In this document: positions 49,412 through 53,760 of the stretch, in pieces | Position numbering within the stretch: the first letter of the stretch is position 1 | Layout: the number at the start of each line of letters is the position of its first letter | DNA from: Candidatus Pacearchaeota archaeon | GTDB lineage: Archaea > Nanobdellota > Nanobdellia > Pacearchaeales > GW2011-AR1 | DNA length: 53,760 nucleotides | Direction: 5' to 3' | Assembly: GCA_050124795.1 (NCBI GenBank) | Contig: JASFEO010000005.1 | Coordinates: 1 to 53,760 of the forward strand | Notes under the pieces: generated by a model | Seen by the model: only the letters and a program-made list of their open reading frames with translations | The model's database searches: none | Told to the model about the DNA's origin: nothing | Program-made: the position numbers and the translations under genes

Positions 49412-50311
49412 ATGGATTTTGATGTAATTACTTTTGGCAGTGCATTAGTTGACATTTTTGTTAATACTGGTTTGCCTGAAAAAAAGAATGATATTTGTTA
49501 TCCTGCTGGTTCAAAGATTAAGATTACAAAAACATTTACTGATATTGGGGGGGGAGGGACAAATTCTGCTGTTGCGTTTTCAAGGTTAGGATTAAAAACC
49601 GGTTGCATTTCCTGTTTAGGAAACGATTCTTATGGGAAAGAAATTCTTGATTTGTTAAAAAAGGAAAAAGTTAAGTTTTTTGGGAAAGTTAAAAAAAATG
49701 CAAAGACTGATTTTTCAATTATACTTGACAGCAAGGAGAAAAATAGGACCATCTTGGTGAACAAAAAAACAAATAATGAAATTAGTTTTGGTAATCTGAA
49801 TTTAAGGGGCATAAAAACAAGGTGGCTTTATTTGTCGAGTTCTTTGGGGGAGAGTTTTGAGGCGCAAAAGAAACTTGCAAGGGAATTGCGCAATCGAGGA
49901 GTTAAAATTGCTTTTAATCCATCAGAGTATTTAATTAAAGAAAAAGATATTCGTCCTTTGCTGAAAATTTGCGATTGTTTAATTTTAAATCTAGAAGAAG
50001 CCGGACTTTTAACTAAAGAAAAGGATTTATTGGAAGGGCTGTATAAACTTGGGCCGAAGATTGTTGTAATTACTAATAGAGAAAAAATGGTTTCCTGCTA
50101 TGACGGGAAAAAGAAATATTTTTTTAAACCTGGCAAAGTAAGAGTTGTTGAAAATACTGGTGCAGGAGATGCATTTGCTTCTGGTTTTGTTGCAGGACAG
50201 ATTATGGAAAAGACAATTGAGGAAAGTTTAAAGTTAGGATTGAAGGAGAGCGAGTCTGTTATTAGTTATTTTGGCGCAAAGAATAAATTATTAAAGATGA
50301 AGTTAAAATGA
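49412..50311 (+). CDS. PfkB-family carbohydrate kinase
   Basis: GGGGTNSA, NTGAGDAF. Confidence 0.9.
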   Translation: MDFDVITFGSALVDIFVNTGLPEKKNDICYPAGSKIKITKTFTDIGGGGTNSAVAFSRLGLKTGCISCLGNDSYGKEILDLLKKEKVKFFGKVKKNAKTDFSIILDSKEKNRTILVNKKTNNEISFGNLNLRGIKTRWLYLSSSLGESFEAQKKLARELRNRGVKIAFNPSEYLIKEKDIRPLLKICDCLILNLEEAGLLTKEKDLLEGLYKLGPKIVVITNREKMVSCYDGKKKYFFKPGKVRVVENTGAGDAFASGFVAGQIMEKTIEESLKLGLKESESVISYFGAKNKLLKMKLK

Positions 50312-51072
50312 AATTAAACAAATATTTTAATATGAAAAAAATTTCACGAAAAGGAAAATTTATGTTTCTAGCATATGATCAAGGAATTGAACATGGACCG
50401 ACTGATTTTAATGACAAGAATGTTGATCCAAAATTTATAATTGAATTGGCGAAAAAAGGAAAATTTACTGGAGTGATTTTTCAAAAAGGAATTGCTGAAA
50501 AATATAATGAAGAAATAAAAAAAGCAGGAGTTCCATTAGTTGTTAAATTAAATGGAAAAACAAATCTGTTTAAAGGTGAGCCTGTTTCAAAACAGCTTTG
50601 TCAAGTTGATGAGGCAATTGGTCTTGGGGCAAGTGCAGTTGGGTTTACTCTTTATCCGGGAAGTGAATATGAAGATGAAATGTTTTTAGAATTTGAAAAT
50701 ATTCAAAGAGAAGCGCATAAAAAAGGTCTTCCTGTTATTGCATGGATTTATCCTCGGGGAAAAAGTGTCAGGGGAAAAAAGAAAAGAGATTTAATGGCTT
50801 ATGCAACACGGCTTGGTCTTGAACTTGGCGCAGATATAATTAAGATTGAGTCTAATGGAAAAAAGGATGATTTATCATGGGCAGTTAAATCTGCAGGCAA
50901 AGCTAAAGTTGTTATTGCAGGCGGAAAGAAAATTAAAGAAAAAGAATTATTAGGAGAAATTAAAGATGCAATTGAAGTTGGTTGTTCAGGATTAGCTATT
51001 GGAAGGAATGTCTGGCAAAATAAAAATCCAATTAAGATAGCTGAGAAAATAAGAAAGGTGATTTGGGGATGA
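50308..51072 (+). CDS. fba: Class I (DhnA-type) fructose-bisphosphate aldolase
   Basis: AYDQGIEHGP, YPRG, LGADIIK, AGG, GRNVWQ. Confidence 0.92.
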   Translation: MKLNKYFNMKKISRKGKFMFLAYDQGIEHGPTDFNDKNVDPKFIIELAKKGKFTGVIFQKGIAEKYNEEIKKAGVPLVVKLNGKTNLFKGEPVSKQLCQVDEAIGLGASAVGFTLYPGSEYEDEMFLEFENIQREAHKKGLPVIAWIYPRGKSVRGKKKRDLMAYATRLGLELGADIIKIESNGKKDDLSWAVKSAGKAKVVIAGGKKIKEKELLGEIKDAIEVGCSGLAIGRNVWQNKNPIKIAEKIRKVIWG

Positions 51073-51560
51073 AGATAGAAATTGATTTTCGTGATTTGAA
51101 AAAGTTTTGTGACAGAGTTATGATTCGTAGATATAAAGATATGAGTGAAAAATTTTTAGGAAAAATAAACGGAAATCCGATTTTGTATAAAGTTTATATT
51201 AAGGATTTTGGAGATTTTGAATCTGGTCTGACTTGCATTAATTCAGGAGATGTCGAGGGGGAATATTTTATGACAAAGGGCCATCGGCATAAAAAACCTT
51301 TTAATGAAATGTATATGTTGATAAAGGGAAAAGGAAAATTGTTAGTTCAGGGAAAAGAAACAAGGGTGGTTGAATTAAGGAAAAATAAAATTTATAATAT
51401 TCCAGGCACAAGCGGACATAGATTGATTAATATTGGGAAAACAAAGCTGCAGGTTTTAACTATTTATTCAAAAGGAGCAGGGCATGATTATAAATTCAGA
51501 TTTAAGTTCAGGCGCGGAAAGATAAAACATAAATTTGATAAAAGGTTTTTTAGAAAATGA
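51069..51560 (+). CDS. pgi: Cupin-type glucose-6-phosphate isomerase
   Basis: EYFMTKGHRH, E, HRLIN, GHDY. Confidence 0.88.
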   Translation: MKIEIDFRDLKKFCDRVMIRRYKDMSEKFLGKINGNPILYKVYIKDFGDFESGLTCINSGDVEGEYFMTKGHRHKKPFNEMYMLIKGKGKLLVQGKETRVVELRKNKIYNIPGTSGHRLINIGKTKLQVLTIYSKGAGHDYKFRFKFRRGKIKHKFDKRFFRK

Positions 51561-52186
51561 AACCCGTCATCATTATAAATCTGAAAACTTATCAGCAAGG
51601 GAAAAAGTCAGTTGAGATTGCAAAAAAAATTTCAAGAGTTGATAAAAAAATAATTATTGGTGCGCAGGCAAGTGATATTTTTGAAATTTGTAAAGTTGTA
51701 AAAAACCCAATTTTTGTTGAGCATGTTGATTATCAATTGCCTGGGAGAAATACTGGTTTTATTTTGCCTGAGGCAGTAAAGGCTGATAGAGCTAAAGGAG
51801 TTTTTTTAAATCATTCAGAACACAAGTTGAAATTTGATGTTATAAAAAAGACAGTTCTTCGCTGCAAAAAATTAAAATTAAAAACTGCAATTTTTGCTTC
51901 TTCATTAAGTGAGGCTAAAAAAATTAAAAAATTAAAACCAGATTATTTAATTTATGAACCTCCTGAATTAGTTGGCGGGAAAAAATCTGTCTCACTTGCA
52001 AAGCCTGAAATTATAAAAAAAATTCATGAGAAATTAAATTATGATCTTTTAGTTGGAGCAGGAATTAAGACAAATGAAGATCTGAAGATTGCAATGAAAC
52101 TCGGTGCAAAAGGAATTGCGGTTTCTTCTGGGATTACTAAGGCGAGGGATGTTGAGAAGGCTTTGAAAAAATTATTAGGAAATTAA
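51557..52186 (+). CDS. tpiA: Archaeal-type triosephosphate isomerase
   Basis: INLKTY, NHSE, YEPPELVG, GAGI. Confidence 0.93.
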   Translation: MKPVIIINLKTYQQGKKSVEIAKKISRVDKKIIIGAQASDIFEICKVVKNPIFVEHVDYQLPGRNTGFILPEAVKADRAKGVFLNHSEHKLKFDVIKKTVLRCKKLKLKTAIFASSLSEAKKIKKLKPDYLIYEPPELVGGKKSVSLAKPEIIKKIHEKLNYDLLVGAGIKTNEDLKIAMKLGAKGIAVSSGITKARDVEKALKKLLGN

Positions 52187-52218
52187 TTAAAGAAAAAATA
52201 TCTGTTGAGGATGGATTA

Positions 52219-52521
52219 TTAATTCTCTGGCATTTTATCTTCAATAGAAACTATTTTTCTTTTATCAATAATTATCCCCTCTTTCCAAGATATTACTGGA
52301 TGTTCTCCAATTGTGGGAAAATTACTAAATCCTTTAATTTCATCTGTTGAATTATAGGCTTTGGAAGAAGGAGTATTTGTTGAGCCAAGTATAATTTTAT
52401 CGTATTCATGAACATCCCACCAATCAGATGCAGACTGGAATCTATTAACCAATCCATTCTTTTTTACTTCGTAAACTGTACTCGGTATCATTTCATGATT
52501 AGATAATCGAATATATTTCAT
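52219..52521 (-). CDS. Hypothetical protein
   Basis: 100-aa ATG ORF. Confidence 0.45.
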   Translation of the reverse strand: MKYIRLSNHEMIPSTVYEVKKNGLVNRFQSASDWWDVHEYDKIILGSTNTPSSKAYNSTDEIKGFSNFPTIGEHPVISWKEGIIIDKRKIVSIEDKMPEN

Positions 52522-52606
52522 ATTTATTTGGGACTCTTGTTCTTTAAAAATTTAACTGAATAAGATTTTTCGCAAACTTATTTAATCCTTTTATTCTTAT
52601 TAATTT

Positions 52607-52927
52607 ATGCATGAACATTCTTTTATTAATGCGATTTTGAAGAATATTGAAAATCCTGAAAATATTTCTAAGATAAAAATTGAAGTTGGTGGGTTGGCAG
52701 GAATTGAGGCGGATCATTTGAAAGAACATTTAAAAGATAAAATTAATGGGGATGTGGAAGTAATAGAAAAAAAAGCAATTGTAAAATGTGCATGCGGATA
52801 TAATGGAGTTCCAAAAATAAAAGCGAGATTGCATGATTTAGTTATTTTTGAGTGTCCTGAATGCGGAAAAATCCCTGAAGTTCTCGAGGGAAAAGATATA
52901 AAAATAATAAGTGTTGTGTATAAATAA
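52607..52927 (+). CDS. hypA: Hydrogenase maturation nickel chaperone HypA
   Basis: MHE start, CAC and CPEC zinc ligands. Confidence 0.88.
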   Translation: MHEHSFINAILKNIENPENISKIKIEVGGLAGIEADHLKEHLKDKINGDVEVIEKKAIVKCACGYNGVPKIKARLHDLVIFECPECGKIPEVLEGKDIKIISVVYK

Positions 52928-53133
52928 TGTGTTTAGCAATTCCGGGGAGAGTTATTGAAATAAAAGAAGATGGAAGTTGTGTTGTTGATTATGTTTTTGA
53001 AAAGCGAGAAGCAAAAATTTTTATCAGTGATATTAAATTAGGGGATTATGTTATTGTTTCGAATAAGATTGTTGTTATGAAAATCCCAGAGGAGCAGGCT
53101 AAGGAATATCTAAATGCTGTTGGAGGTTGTTAA
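52927..53133 (+). CDS. hypC: HypC/HupF hydrogenase chaperone
   Basis: MCLAIPG…GDYV. Confidence 0.88.
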   Translation: MCLAIPGRVIEIKEDGSCVVDYVFEKREAKIFISDIKLGDYVIVSNKIVVMKIPEEQAKEYLNAVGGC

Positions 53134-53621
53134 TGAAATCTCGATCAGCAGAAGTTTTTTTTCTAAAGTATGCTTTTCCATGCGCAAATGTTTTGTTGCA
53201 AAAAGGGACTATCTCCCGGGAAGATTATGATTTGTTGGAAGATGCCACTAAGAAAAAGGAAGTTTTGTCAAGGGAATTTCTTGAAAAATGTTTTCCTGCG
53301 GCTTTTAGAAGAATTAAAAAACTTGCAGAAACAATGCAAAGGAATTATTGGGATATTGAGGTTATGAAAGAATATTGGCATCATGATCATAATTTGAATA
53401 TTGACGCAGGGGAGGGGAATTATTCAAAGTTTCCAAATAGTTTTTGCGATTTTTGCAAAGTGCATATTGCAGAAGTTGAAAAAATTTTGCCCCAAGGTTT
53501 TTTATTGATTAAGTATGGAGATATAGAGAGACCTGTGAATTCAGAATATATTTCTGACATAAAAGTTGGAGACAAAGTGAGGATTCATCATGCTTATGCT
53601 ATTGAGAAAGTTGAGATTTGA
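53127..53621 (+). CDS. Hyp-associated protein with HypC-like C-terminus
   Basis: KYAFPC, HHDH, CKV, GDKVRIHHAYAIE. Confidence 0.6.
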   Translation: MLMKSRSAEVFFLKYAFPCANVLLQKGTISREDYDLLEDATKKKEVLSREFLEKCFPAAFRRIKKLAETMQRNYWDIEVMKEYWHHDHNLNIDAGEGNYSKFPNSFCDFCKVHIAEVEKILPQGFLLIKYGDIERPVNSEYISDIKVGDKVRIHHAYAIEKVEI

Positions 53622-53686
53622 TTGTCACTTTTCCTAAATAGTTACAAAACCAAAAGATTTTTAAAGTCTAACTTTATAAAAATTTC

Positions 53687-53760
53687 ATGGCACCAATTTA
53701 TCAATTTAAGATGAGTGAAGATGAGGCAGAAGGATTTAGAAAACTAGGTTATAGTCCAAT
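53687..53760 (+). CDS. Partial ORF running off the window
   Basis: ATG with TATA-like box upstream, open to the end. Confidence 0.4.
   Translation, partial: MAPIYQFKMSEDEAEGFRKLGYSP

Noticed and set aside
1042-53367. Numerous short antisense or nested ORFs in the track
   Set aside because: They shadow confidently assigned genes and show no motifs

Overview
AT-rich archaeal chromosome segment. It is most likely a DPANN-type (Pacearchaeota/Woesearchaeota-like) organism, inferred from aIF2-alpha, Nop10, archaeal uS15, Bud32, GINS, SRP54/FtsY, an A1-U72 tRNA-Gln and near-leaderless TATA promoters. The main feature is an integron-like platform at about 24013-32429. A tyrosine recombinase with IntI-like motifs, but without the IntI-specific insertion, abuts srp54. 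It faces a candidate attI site and six related attC-like palindromes (…TAAC…GATGTT…) that separate gene cassettes. Most cassette genes are inverted and carry their own promoters. Every intact cassette is bracketed by nested long-range inverted repeats, and two cassettes share one non-coding 'chassis' with compensatory substitutions. An IS481-family element has fused or deleted two cassettes. Other notable items are an apparently intact bacterial-type class A penicillin-binding protein, a frameshifted giant subtilase preceded by a membrane-anchored copy of its own prodomain, two signal-peptide-bearing tail-collar-like proteins, HldE, a convergent HicAB pair, and a GH130/mannose-to-glycolysis gene cluster. 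All product calls come from motif recognition by eye; no database searches were run.
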